A DNA stretch of 64,000 nucleotides from Octopus bimaculoides (taxonomy: Eukaryota), in NCBI RefSeq assembly GCF_001194135.2, contig NC_068990.1, forward strand, positions 44,571,484 to 44,635,483, read 5' to 3'. The notes under the pieces are model-generated. The model had not been told where the DNA came from. It ran no database searches and saw only the letters and a program-made list of their open reading frames with translations. Positions 10,563 to 21,856 of this stretch are shown piece after piece. How positions within the stretch are numbered: position 1 is the first letter of the stretch; every line of letters starts with the position of its first letter. The translations under genes and the position numbers were made by a program.

Positions 10563-11053
10563 ATCGCCGCCCATATCTGGACACACGCTGATAACATTAG
10601 TTTCCTTGATCACATGCTAATTCCATTACAATATGATATCTATTTTTATGCAAGTATAAGTATATGTAAATATGTTTATCTCTGAAATGCATACATACAT
10701 ACATACATACATACATACATACATACATACATACATACATGCATATATATATGTGTATGTATGTATATATATGTCTGTATATATATATATATATANNNNN
10801 NNNNNNNNNNNNNNNNNNNNNNNNNNNNNNNNNNNNNNNNNNNNNNNNNNNNNNNNNNNNNNNNNNNNNNNNNNNNNNNNNNNNNNNNNNNNNNNNNNNN
10901 NNNNNNNNNNNNNNNNNNNNNNNNNNNNNNNNNNNNNNNNNNNNNNNNNNNNNNNNNNNNNNNNNNNNNNNNNNNNNNNNNNNNNNNNNNNNNNNNNNNN
11001 NNNNNNNNNNNNNNNNNNNNNNNNNNNNNNNNNNNNNNNNNNNNNNNNNNNNN

Positions 11054-11870
11054 TTGTCGTCTAAATTATGCGAAAATGAAAATAACACTGACATTTCATT
11101 TTAACATATATTTACTAAAATTACATAAAAACATCTTGAAATGCTAAAGAGTAAATTTATTCAATAAAATCGCCATTGGCTTCAACCACGGCCTCCTGCA
11201 ACTCCTCTGAACGGTCTCCTTGTTTAAGTTGGTGAATGCTACCATAATCCCTGTCTTCAGTTCATCTTTGGTGTTACAGGGAGTTTTGTTGGTCTCTCGC
11301 TCAACTACACCGCACACATGATAATGAAGGGGGTTGCAGTCTGGTGTGTTAGGTGGTCAAATGTTAGGGGTGATGTGGTCGCAGAAATTTTCTGACAGCC
11401 ATGACTGGGTTCTCCTGCTTGTGTGGCATGGTACAGAGTCCTGTTGCCAGACATAGGGTCTTCCAGCAGCCACCCTTTTCACCTAGGACAGTACTACCTC
11501 CTCCAGGCATTTGGTGTAGGCCTCTGTGTTGAGTCCGAAGTTGTGTGAGAAGATAAATGGGGGCATAACATAGCCGTCACTAGTGATCACTCCAAACACT
11601 GATGTTGAGTGGATGTTTGATTTTTATCACTCTCGCTAGATGTTTTAGGGACACCAACTACTTTCTGTGTTCACTATCTGATCCTGGCAGAAATTTTTCT
11701 CGTCTGAGAAAAACCAACGCATGCTCGGTTGGAGGGGATGCTTGAGTTTGTTCAAAAGCTTCATAGCGCGATCTTTCTTCTTGTCTTTGAAGGCTTGGGA
11801 TAAAAATTGGCCGTTTCTCATCTTCTATGAGGAATACCGAATGTTTTCATGCACTACCTGCCTGATAAGA
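11054..11870 (-). mobile_element. maT-type (DD37D) Tc1/mariner transposon fragment
   Basis: Minus frames give WFFSDEKNF, VFGVITSDGYVMPP, YVWQQDSVPCHTSRRTQSWLSENF, PPNTPDCNPL; the 3' UTR is the reverse complement of 52620-52735. Confidence 0.88.
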
Positions 11871-12004
11871 AACCCAGGCACTCCAATGTCCTGACAGTGG
11901 ACCTGACTGACTTGGAGTTCTTTTCTTATCAGAACATTTTCAATTCAGGTTTATTGGCTACTTTCTCATTCTCATTCATTTGTGACTATTTTTTTATCCC
12001 CATT

Positions 12005-13600
12005 TCTCCTCAGAAAATTCATAGTGAAACTGCTAAGCGTCATGCTATACTGCTGGAAGATAAACTGGCTATGATAAAACGCCATGAAAAAGGTGAAAAA
12101 GTGGTAGCAATTGCACGATCTTTGGGGATGAGTCGGACAACTGTATCAACGATTGTACATAATAAGGATAAGATTTTAGCACTTCTCAAATATGAAGCCT
12201 CGGGGATGAAGAACACTGTCATCAATAAGAAAAGAGGCAAAATCTTTGAAGAAATGGAAAGTCTTCTTTCTCTTTGGATTGTTAGGTTGAATTGTCAGCG
12301 TGCTACTAATAGTCAAAATATCATTCAAGAGAAAGCGATGTCTTTGAGGACCTGAAGAAAAAATATTCAGATGAGAAAGATGTAGAGTTCAAGGCACGTC
12401 AAGGATAGTTCATGAGATTTAAGGAGCGAAGAGGTTATTCCATTAAGAAACAAGGTGGAAGTGCATCAGCTGACGAACAAGCAGCAACAGAATTTTCTAA
12501 TGCATTAAAAATAATCATCGAAGAAAACGGGTTTCTTCCCCAACAGATTTTTAATGTTGACGAAACTGGATTGTATTGGGAAAATTGCCAGACTGATCAT
12601 TCATTTCCAAGAAGGAGAAAACTGTTCCAGGCTACAAGGTCTCAAAAGAACGTGTGACCATTATATTGGGAAGTAATTGTGCAGGAAATTATAAGTTAAA
12701 GCCATTGCTCGTGTATCATGCACACAACCCCCGTGCCCTGAAGAACGTACCCAAGGCATCTCTCCCTGTTATATGGATGGCTAATTCAAAAGCATGGGTT
12801 ACTGTTGTTGCTTTTGAAGATTGGTTCTTCAGTCATTTTATTCCAGCAGCAGAGAAGTACTGTAAGGAGAAGAGGATTCCTTTTAAGGTTTTACTTATCT
12901 TAGATAATGCTCCTGGCCTCCCGCAAAACATCGTAGATTTTTAACCCCAACGTTACCGTCGTATACCTCCCTCCGAACACCACGTCTCTTCTGCAGTCAA
13001 TGGCTCACGGAACAATTGCTATCTTCAAGCGTTACTAAATGAAGCGTACGCTGCGGCAAGCAACAGCTGCAACTGACCTTGCTGAGTCCATCACACTTCG
13101 TGACTTTTAGAAGAAATACGATATCTACGAGGCTGTACAGAACATAGCAGTGGCATGGAATGATGTACAAAGTACGGGTATGAATGGTGTATGGAAGAAG
13201 CTATGCTCGCAATTCGAGAATAATTTTAAGGGGTTTGATAATGTTGCCATCTACAAAACGTTGGTGATTTCGAGCAAAGCACTGGAAATAGATTTAGAGA
13301 AGGAGGATTTCACAGATTTATTTGAAAAACACAAGCAGTGCCTGACGAACGAGGACTTGATAGAGTTTCACGTGTAGCAAAATAAAGAAGAAAAGGAAGT
13401 CGAACCTGAACCACGTCACTTTATCATTAAGAAAATGCAGCATGCATTTGCATATATCGAAAACATATCGAGGATATGGATCCAAATGCTCAACGCTTTT
13501 CCAAGATTAGCGGGCTTGTCACAAAGCTTTTGCTCCTTATAATGTAATCCTTGAGGAAAAGAAGAGTCAGCTGTTAATGTTGACGATTCACAACCATCTA
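12005..13600 (+). mobile_element. Tigger/pogo (CENP-B-like) transposase fossil
   Basis: CENP-B HTH (KRHAILLEDKLAMIKRHEKGEKVVAIARSLGMSRTTVSTI), IFNVDETGL, KLKPLLVYHAHNPRALKN, KVLLILDNAPG, LPPNTTSLLQ; several stops and frameshifts; no TIRs found. Confidence 0.9.
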
Positions 13601-14074
13601 CATCCGCTTTTTAAATCACCAAATTGTATGTACGTACTGGTAAATTTTAAATAACTTTTGTTTTTTACTTATTTGCAAAATACTGAATTTGTTTTTTAAG
13701 CTTAAAAAAGGCTTTTATTCTACCATGTCTTATTGCAAACAGTATTCATAAATAAAGCGTCTATTATTTAGATTTTATTTTAAAATCTAAATAAATTTTA
13801 ATCCATTCAAATATATCCTCTTTGCATTTTCAGCTCCATCTCTCCTATACTTCCACTCGTTTGGGTTAGTAACGATTTACATATATTTTGTGTGTGTGTG
13901 TGTGTGTGTGTNNNNNNNNNNNNNNNNNNNNNNNNNNNNNNNNNNNNNNNNNNNNNNNNNNNNNNNNNNNNNNNNNNNNNNNNNNNNNNNNNNNNNNNNN
14001 NNNNNNNNNNNNNNNNNNNNNNNNNNNNNNNNNNNNNNNNNNNNNNNNNNNNNNNNNNNNNNNNNNNNNTATGC

Positions 14075-14113
<39 letters not shown>

Positions 14114-16192
14114 TGCGTGTGTTTGTGTGTATATGTCTGTCTATTTGTATGAATTTATGTCAGTACATTTTCTTTCGTTTACATTCTGCTTGATTCTTCA
14201 CCTCTGGCCCTGACATTTCGATTAAGAATTGATATCCGAAAAGTAAATATTTTTTCCTTTGTCTTTCTATTCACCATCAATATAATGCTCTTTACATTTT
14301 CTTTTCTTGTCCTCATGCAGTTAGTTATTTCACATTCGATAACCATCCACGCTCTCATGAATGAATGATTAATTTAGCAACCACGGATTCAAGCGCTCGT
14401 ACTCTACTACCTTATTGGACTAGCACCGAATCCGTTCGGTATATTTCTCATGAATACATAATTAAGTATATAAATATGAGAACCTTCACGAATTTCGCGT
14501 CTTGGATGACCTCAGCTGTGCTTGCCATGAAGGTTCATGTACAATTTATGAGTTAATGAGGATAGGCACACTATCCTATTTTTTCATTTACATTGACCAT
14601 TCTAAATTCATAGTATACTCGAGATAATGATAGTATATTTAGTTTTTGTTCAATAAATCTGTACTGGTGACTTACTCGCAACATAACCATCTTATACTGA
14701 TCAATAAAGATAAGATTTATGAATACATATATAAATATGGATGTGAAAGTGTAAATATATATAGGTTTATGTGAGTGGATATATATGCATATACATATTC
14801 ATATNNNNNNNNNNNNNNNNNNNNNNNNNNNNNNNNNNNNNNNNNNNNNNNNNNNNNNNNNNNNNNNNNNNNNNNNNNNNNNNNNNNNNNNNNNNNNNNN
14901 NNNNNNNNNNNNNNNNNNNNNNNNNNNNNNNNNNNNNNNNNNNNNNNNNNNNNNNNNNNNNNNNNNNNNNNNNNNNNNNNNNNNNNNNNNNNNNNNNNNN
15001 NNNNNNNNNNNNNNNNNNNNNNNNNNNNNNNNNNNNNNNNNNNNNNNNNNNNNNNNNNNNNNNNNNNNNNNNNNNNNNNNNNNNNNNNNNNNNNNNNNNN
15101 NNNNNNNNNNNNNNNNNNNNNNNNNNNNNNNNNNNNNNNNNNNNNNNNNNNNNNNNNNNNNNNNNNNNNNNNNNNNNNNNNNNNNNNNNNNNNNNNNNNN
15201 NNNNNNNNNNNNNNNNNNNNNNNNNNNNNNNNNNNNNNNNNNNNNNNNATATATATATATATACATATTTATTTATATATTTGCGCATATGTGTGCATGC
15301 ATATTATATCACACTCTTTGAATATATAACTTCAGATACACACAGACACATTCAGCTACACGAGCACATACAAATAGTACGAACTGGTTTCCAAATGCAG
15401 ATACAGGAATCGCTATCTTAACCATTAAACTATAATACGCCCGTCATAACCATCACAGCTTAGAACATTCAAAAGTGACAGATATCAAAGGCTTACTACA
15501 CATGTATGCAGCTAAGAAATGAAATTAATTTTAGCTTACGCAGACGAGAAGAGAGTGAAAAGTGATCAAAAAGGCGAGGTGCATGCCTTCGTAATTACAG
15601 TTATAAATGAGTGGTGACTTCTTTGTACCAATATCTGAGGTTGCCATATGCATTGATGTCATAGCAACAGATCTTAACTCATAGCAGAAAATGATATGCC
15701 ACTTACGCTAGAATCAGAACCGCTTAAAGTAGCAGCAAGATCAACAGCAGCAATACCAGTAGCAAAGCTAGCACCAATCACAATAATAAGAAGAATCATT
15801 TCTAGGCACAAGGCACTGGTACTTATGTCTATAACTTATGTCTATAACTTCAAAAGTGAGTTATTCACACGCTTGAATGCTGAGAAAACGCTATGTACAT
15901 ATATTTGGGCATGTTTCTGAGTCATCATTTGACCACACTGTCAAAAAAATAACACGTGGCTAAAAAACCACATCTGGAAATTGGGGAACAATAACACCGC
16001 TTATAACATCAAATGGTGGGTCCACGAAAACAATTGATGAAAGGAAAACATTCTCTGTATATCAAAAGGAGCGCACATACTCATAAAGTCTTAGAGACCT
16101 AGCAGTTGTTTAAAATCCAGAACATAGATTTTCACCAAATATGTCCATTTAGACGCGTTTATACTCGTTAAATGCAAGATAATTACTATCCT

Positions 16193-16203
16193 AAGATGGC
16201 GGC
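16193..16203 (+). promoter_or_regulatory. YY1-type motif AAGATGGCGGC in unique sequence upstream of a CpG-rich patch
   Basis: Exact match to the known CCGCCATNTT / AAGATGGCGG motif; function unproven. Confidence 0.25.
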
Positions 16204-16660
16204 ACGAAAGTTAACCAGGCTAGCTTTCCATTTTCCCATTAAACTTGCTCGATGCATATGCACAATTCATATATCTATACTTTGATAAATCTACAAAACC
16301 CTTACAAACTAGACATATCAACAAACCACCTGCACTAGTTACCAATCCACTTCGACATCCCAACCTCAATACACCTACAAACAATAAAGGTGTAAAGTCT
16401 ACACATTATTATCTTACATATAATAAAACGCGATGTGACCTGTCGACCACGCTAGACGGAAAGAAGAGTAAAACAGCAAACGAAGTGGGAGTGAGTGTCA
16501 GTCAGAGGCGGTAAAGCAGGCCGACAGCATCGAAAAGTTGTTGCTCTAAAGACGCTGATATTTTAATCAAAATAGAATTGTAAATTTTTATCGTAAATTG
16601 TATTTAGTCTATCAGTTTCTTACTCACACGAACATACATGCACACACACAAGGATATATA

Positions 16661-16703
<43 letters not shown>

Positions 16704-16887
16704 ATTCCCGAGCGTCATACTAATATATACTTTTGTTATTTACACCACCTGTCCTCGTCTGTTGTTATTTTTTGTATATTCTCCCATATATATATNNNNN
16801 NNNNNNNNNNNNNNNNNNNNNNNNNNNNNNNNNNNNNNNNNNNNTATATATATATGTAATATATATATAAATGTGATATGAACGATA

Positions 16888-16923
<36 letters not shown>

Positions 16924-17132
16924 CTTACATTTTTTTCTTTCTTTCATTTTAGTCCATTTCCTATTATTGGCCGTTCTGATTCAAACCTTTATTTCTTTTC
17001 CCAAGTAAAAGATAACATATTTTACCGATTTCATCGATTCGATCTAAAAAAGGTAAACAAACTTACGCGCCTGCACACACATTTACGTATGCATACACTC
17101 ATATGTATGTGTATATCTACAGAGAGAGGTAA

Positions 17133-17199
<67 letters not shown>

Positions 17200-17307
17200 T
17201 AAATTAATGGAAATCGTCAGTTAATATGACTGCGGGTACCGAAGCAGCGATATTGCTAGAAATAAGAGTTAAAGACTCTAAATGTTGTTAGATCACAATA
17301 TATATGC

Positions 17308-17544
17308 ACTGACAGTTGAGAGAACCGCCCCATGAATCACTAGACTAGATCAGTTTCATCTACTTCGTAGGCATCATCAATAGTGACAAACAGTCGATGG
17401 TTTGGCTAAATCTATCTGTCGGTATACATATTTTTACCATAACAATTGTTGGTTGATTTAGCAAAATATTAATGCGTATATTAAAACTAATATAAACAGC
17501 TAGGCGCAACATAATACCACAAAGAGCGGTTATCTCCCCTGTCA

Positions 17545-17546
<2 letters not shown>
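17308..17546 (-). mobile_element. 239-bp unit bounded by 21-bp inverted repeats and containing a hammerhead relic (Penelope-like pLTR remnant or MITE)
   Basis: actgacagttgagagaaccgc (17308-17328) versus gcggttatctcccctgtcagt (17526-17546), 18/21 complementary; TA-rich flanks. Confidence 0.55.
17337..17386 (-). ncRNA. Degenerate minimal type I hammerhead ribozyme motif
   Basis: Minus strand reads TCACTA-TTGATGA-TGC-CTAC-GAA-GTAG-AT-GAAA-CTGA-TC-TAGT(CTAGT)GA; C3 is T; stem III reduced to A-4nt-U. Confidence 0.6.
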
Positions 17547-17592
<46 letters not shown>

Positions 17593-18355
17593 NNNNNNNN
17601 NNNNNNNNNNNNNNNNNNNNNNNNNNNNNNNNNNNNNNNNNNNNNNNNNNNNNNNNNNNNNNNNNNNNNNNNNNNNNNNNNNNNNNNNNNNNNNNNNNNN
17701 NNNNNNNNNNNNNNNNNNNNNNNNNNNNNNNNNNNNNNNNNNNNNNNNNNNNNNNNNNNNNNNNNNNNNNNNNNNNNNNNNNNNNNNNNNNNNNNNNNNN
17801 NNNNNNNNNNNNNNNNNNNNNNNNNNNNNNNNNNNNNNNNNNNNNNNNNNNNNNNNNNNNNNNNNNNNNNNNNNNNNNNNNNNNNNNNNNNNNNNNNNNN
17901 NNNNNNNNNNNNNNNNNNNNNNNNNNNNNNNNNNNNNNNNNNNNNNNNNNNNNNNNNNNNNNNNNNNNNNNNNNNNNNNNNNNNNNNNNNNNNNNNNNNN
18001 NNNNNNNNNNNNNNNNNNNNNNNNNNNNNNNNNNNNNNNNNNNNNNNNNNNNNNNNNNNNNNNNNNNNNNNNNNNNNNNNNNNNNNNNNNNNNNNNNNNN
18101 NNNNNNNNNNNNNNNNNNNNNNNNNNNNNNNNNNNNNNNNNNNNNNNNNNNNNNNNNNNNNNNNNNNNNNNNNNNNNNNNNNNNNNNNNNNNNNNNNNNN
18201 NNNNNNNNNNNNNNNNNNNNNNNNNNNNNNNNNNNNNNNNNNNNNNNNNNNNNNNNNNNNNNNNNNNNNNNNNNNNNNNNNNNNNNNNNNNNNNNNNNNN
18301 NNNNNNNNNNNNNNNNNNNNNNNNNNNNNNNNNNNNNNNNNNNNNNNNNNNNNNN

Positions 18356-18708
18356 AATTTATTTGCCTAAGTTTTAACAACGCTTCCTTCGAAATAGTCA
18401 TCTTGCGCAGCAATACACCAGTCCCAGTGTTCCCTCCACTTTTGGAATCTGGCTCCGTAAGCGAGTCGAGGATCTTCGTGATTTACTCTGGATCTCGACA
18501 ACGGTGTTAAAACGGTGACCTTTGAGGTGCATTTTCATCTTGGTAAACAGATGAAAGTCCGCAACTTACGAAGTAAACAACACAGCTATGTCACTCGGCA
18601 CACTGCCTCGTGGAGGTCACTACTAGTTCTCACTGCGCATGCAAACGTGAGCTGCCATTTGTTGGCGCGCTACCAAAATAATCCGGGAACTTTTTGATAC
18701 CGCATGTA
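18356..18708 (-). mobile_element. Short deletion derivative of the same mariner family as 6808-7681
   Basis: Shares the 3' coding end (gaaatagtca.cttgcgcagcaatacacc) and 5' end (...gggaactttttgatacc..TA) but lacks the middle. Confidence 0.88.
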
Positions 18709-19782
18709 TCATGTGGACTATATTTTCAACCAAAATATTACAACTGTATCTGATTCTTCAAGTGCATCAATTCTGTGTATGTAAATATATTTACTAGATT
18801 GCTGACATTATCAATGGTTTCTCTCATTGTGTTGATGCGACATTTTGTATCATTAATAAAATTATATGGGCATTTTTGTCGACACGGGTATGCTAGAATA
18901 ATTATAAAACATTTCTTCTTCTTGTTGAAAATTTCTTTACTCTATTTAGTATCACTTTAAACAGAATAACTGATGCTCCGAATGGTGCATCGTATGGCTT
19001 AAATACTACCATGTAAACCAACGTTTTCCTACACAAAATTTCGTACTGCAACCATCTTACGAACAGACATGAGAAATGTTGGAGAAAGTTGGTAACAGTT
19101 TGAGCAAAGCTAAATTTTCTACTTTCACTTTCTCATAGTAGGAAACAGAAAGTCGTCTGTCTCAAATTAGATACTTTATATAAAATATTTATAACCTAGA
19201 TGTAATTTGTGTTTATTCTGTTGAACTTATCAAAAAACATTACACCATATTTACATATATATATATATATATATACATATATACATTTACAATACATACA
19301 TAAATATATATATACATACACTTACGTACACACATATATCACACTTGCACATGTAAATGATGTTGGTGATGGTTGATCATCATCTACCCTATCATTATAT
19401 ATAAAATAAATGTGTTCACATCGCTGGATATACGTTATTCAATGAGCCTTGAGTGCATCTCTTCAATTCATTTGTACCTTTGTTTAGTTCCACTTCTTTC
19501 TTCCAGCTCAAACATACTTATCAGAAACCAATGCCATTGAATTTTATCTTTTCAAAACATCTATAGAATTCTATTTTTGATAAGTGCGTCCACATTTCGC
19601 CACCACACTACCTAAAACCTTATTTCTCATTCATAAATTCCCCCTCCTCCTCTTCGTCATCATTATCTTCTTCTTCTTCTTCGTCTATATGTTCATGCAC
19701 TCCAATTTATCTCCAATCGAAAATGATTTTTTTTTCTTTTCAATTCATTTTCCATTATTTCAAATCTTACTACTTTATAAAC

Positions 19783-19875
19783 TGCGACCACATGCTGGAG
19801 GGTTCTTAGTCAAACAAATCGACCCAAGTACTAATTTCTTAAATCTCTGGTACGTACTATATCGGTCATTGGCAC
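19783..19875 (-). mobile_element. SINE family B tail fragment
   Basis: Reverse complement gives agtacttgggtcgatttgtttgactaag...ccagcatg. Confidence 0.65.
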
Positions 19876-20140
19876 TCGCAATCTACCGATCGTGATTTCA
19901 ATTCCTAGATCGGGTGGTGCGTTGTGCTCTTAAGCAAAACAGTTCATCTCACATTGGTCTGTAATCACTTTGACACCTGATGTATGGTACACTGTGTGCC
20001 TGTTCAGACAACGTCGATTTGATGGAGAGAGTGAACTAATATGCGGTACGAATATTTGATCACTATAAACAAATCATTTGTACAGAATGTTCAGCAAAAG
20101 TTGAACGCTCATACACAAAAGCAAGGGATAAACAAGTACG

Positions 20141-21373
20141 TCATATTTCAATATAGTCTCCTTCTGTTTCGATGCACTTCGTCCAGCGATCCACAAACTT
20201 ATGTATTCCCTCCAAGAAGAACGTTTTCGGTTGGTCGCGCAACCATTTATACACCGCTTCCTTCATATCTTCATCCGTAGGAGATCGACCATCTCGTAAA
20301 CTACCTTTGAGTGGTCTAAAGATCTGATAGTCAGAAGGGGCGGGATCTGGGCTGTAGGCTGGGCGTTCCAGCACCTCAAAACCCATTTGGTCAATGGTTT
20401 CAACGGTCTGGGCGGCCGTGTGCTGGTGTGCATTGTCATGCAACAAGACTTTCTTCGACAATAGGCTTTGGCGTTTGGTACGAATTGCTGGCTTCAGTTT
20501 GCTGGCCAGCAAAGCACTGTATCTTGCACTGTTGATCGTACACCCCTTTTCCAGGTGGTCTTCCAGTATAGATCCTTTTGAGTCCCAAAAAAGGGGCAGC
20601 ATCACTTTTTCCCGCGGAAGACAGCGATTTGGATATCTTCGTCGTTGGCGAACCAGGATGTTTCCACTGCATACTCTGTGTTTTGTATTCTGCCTCATAA
20701 TGATGTACCCACGTTTTATCTCCTGTGACTATTCTGCTCAAAATTTCCTCGCCCTCACTGTCGTAGCGATCGAGTAAATGTTGGCAGACTTCAAGACGTT
20801 TGCACTTGTGCTCTGCAGTAAGTTCTCTTGGCACCTATCTTACACAGACTTTATGGAAGCCGAGCTCATCGCGGATGATTTGATAGGCAGAACCATGACT
20901 AATCTGCAGAGAACAAGCTACCTCATCGATAATAAGTAGCAGGTTCACCATTACCATCTCTCGAGCTTGCTGAATCTTCTCGTCAGTGGTGGGGGTTGAC
21001 GGGCGTCCTGTTCCCTCTTCGTGCGTCACGCTTGTCCGGCCCCTTTTAAACTTCTCGACCCACTCATACACACTTCTACGCGGTAGTGCACTGTCCCCGT
21101 ATCGTGCTAAAAGCCTCCGATGAATTTCAGCAACCGACACACCTTCCGACGTTAGAAATCGGATCATTGCTCTCTGTTCTTTGATGCACATTGCTAGTGA
21201 AGCGACCATGCTTACACCGTAAAGCCAGAAAGAAAAATGGCGCGATCAGGATCAAACTTCGATCATGTGACCACAATGGTACCAACTATAAGCACGCATG
21301 CGCAGAACGCAGTGTGACAATAATAAAGATATGTTATGACGAAAGTGCGGATAATTTTTGGCTTCCCTTCGTA
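20141..21373 (-). mobile_element. Mariner (irritans-like, DD34D) with nearly intact transposase
   Basis: Three consecutive minus ORFs join into a complete transposase (EQRAMIRFL...RIVTGDKTW...LLHDNAHQH-YSPDPAPSDY, 34 residues between the last two Asp). Nonsense codon at 20835-20837 and +1 frameshift in the T-run at 20606-20610. 5' TIR ends ...ggcttcccttcg+TA(21372-21373); 3' TIR not seen. Confidence 0.95.
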
Positions 21374-21429
21374 CATGATGGACTTCTATGCAGTTTCCGT
21401 TTACAATATTTACTCGCAAACCATTGCTA

Positions 21430-21510
21430 AGTCGGAGGTTATAGTAGAAGACGCTTGCCATGGTACAGTGCAGTGGGACTGAACCCGAAACCACTTCTTA
21501 ACCACACATC
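21430..21510 (-). mobile_element. SINE family B head fragment
   Basis: gttatagtagaagacgcttgcc...cagtgggactgaacccgaaacca. Confidence 0.75.
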
Positions 21511-21856
21511 TAAACCTGAGTCCGATCAATCATTATCTTCACGTATTGGCCATGTAGAAGCTTTGCATGCCATAGATGTAACATGTAGCCACACTTTTAG
21601 CTTACCTTTTAGATCTGACGCAAATTAGATTATCTCTCCAACTGCTCGTCATTTCAATCTCTGCTTAGTTTGTGTTGACTGCCTTGAAGACAGAAAACAG
21701 GCTTTTTTTCCATAATTCTGTAGCGATTTGCGTAAGATTTTCATATTCGTCACTAGATAATTTTGTTGTCCTACAATAAATGCATTATAATGCAAAAGGT
21801 CTATTTTTATTCTTGGTAAGTATAATTTGATGTTCTAGGATTTGGATGTTCTAAAT

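Noticed and set aside
12005-13600. Domesticated TIGD/CENP-B-like host gene
   Set aside because: Several in-frame stops (e.g. ~12406, 12942, 13035, 13108), frameshifts and loss of the third catalytic motif indicate a fossil.
14485-14530. Minus-strand CTGAG-GTC..GAC-GCGAAA motif
   Set aside because: Core too short, G at the cleavage position and no stem I.
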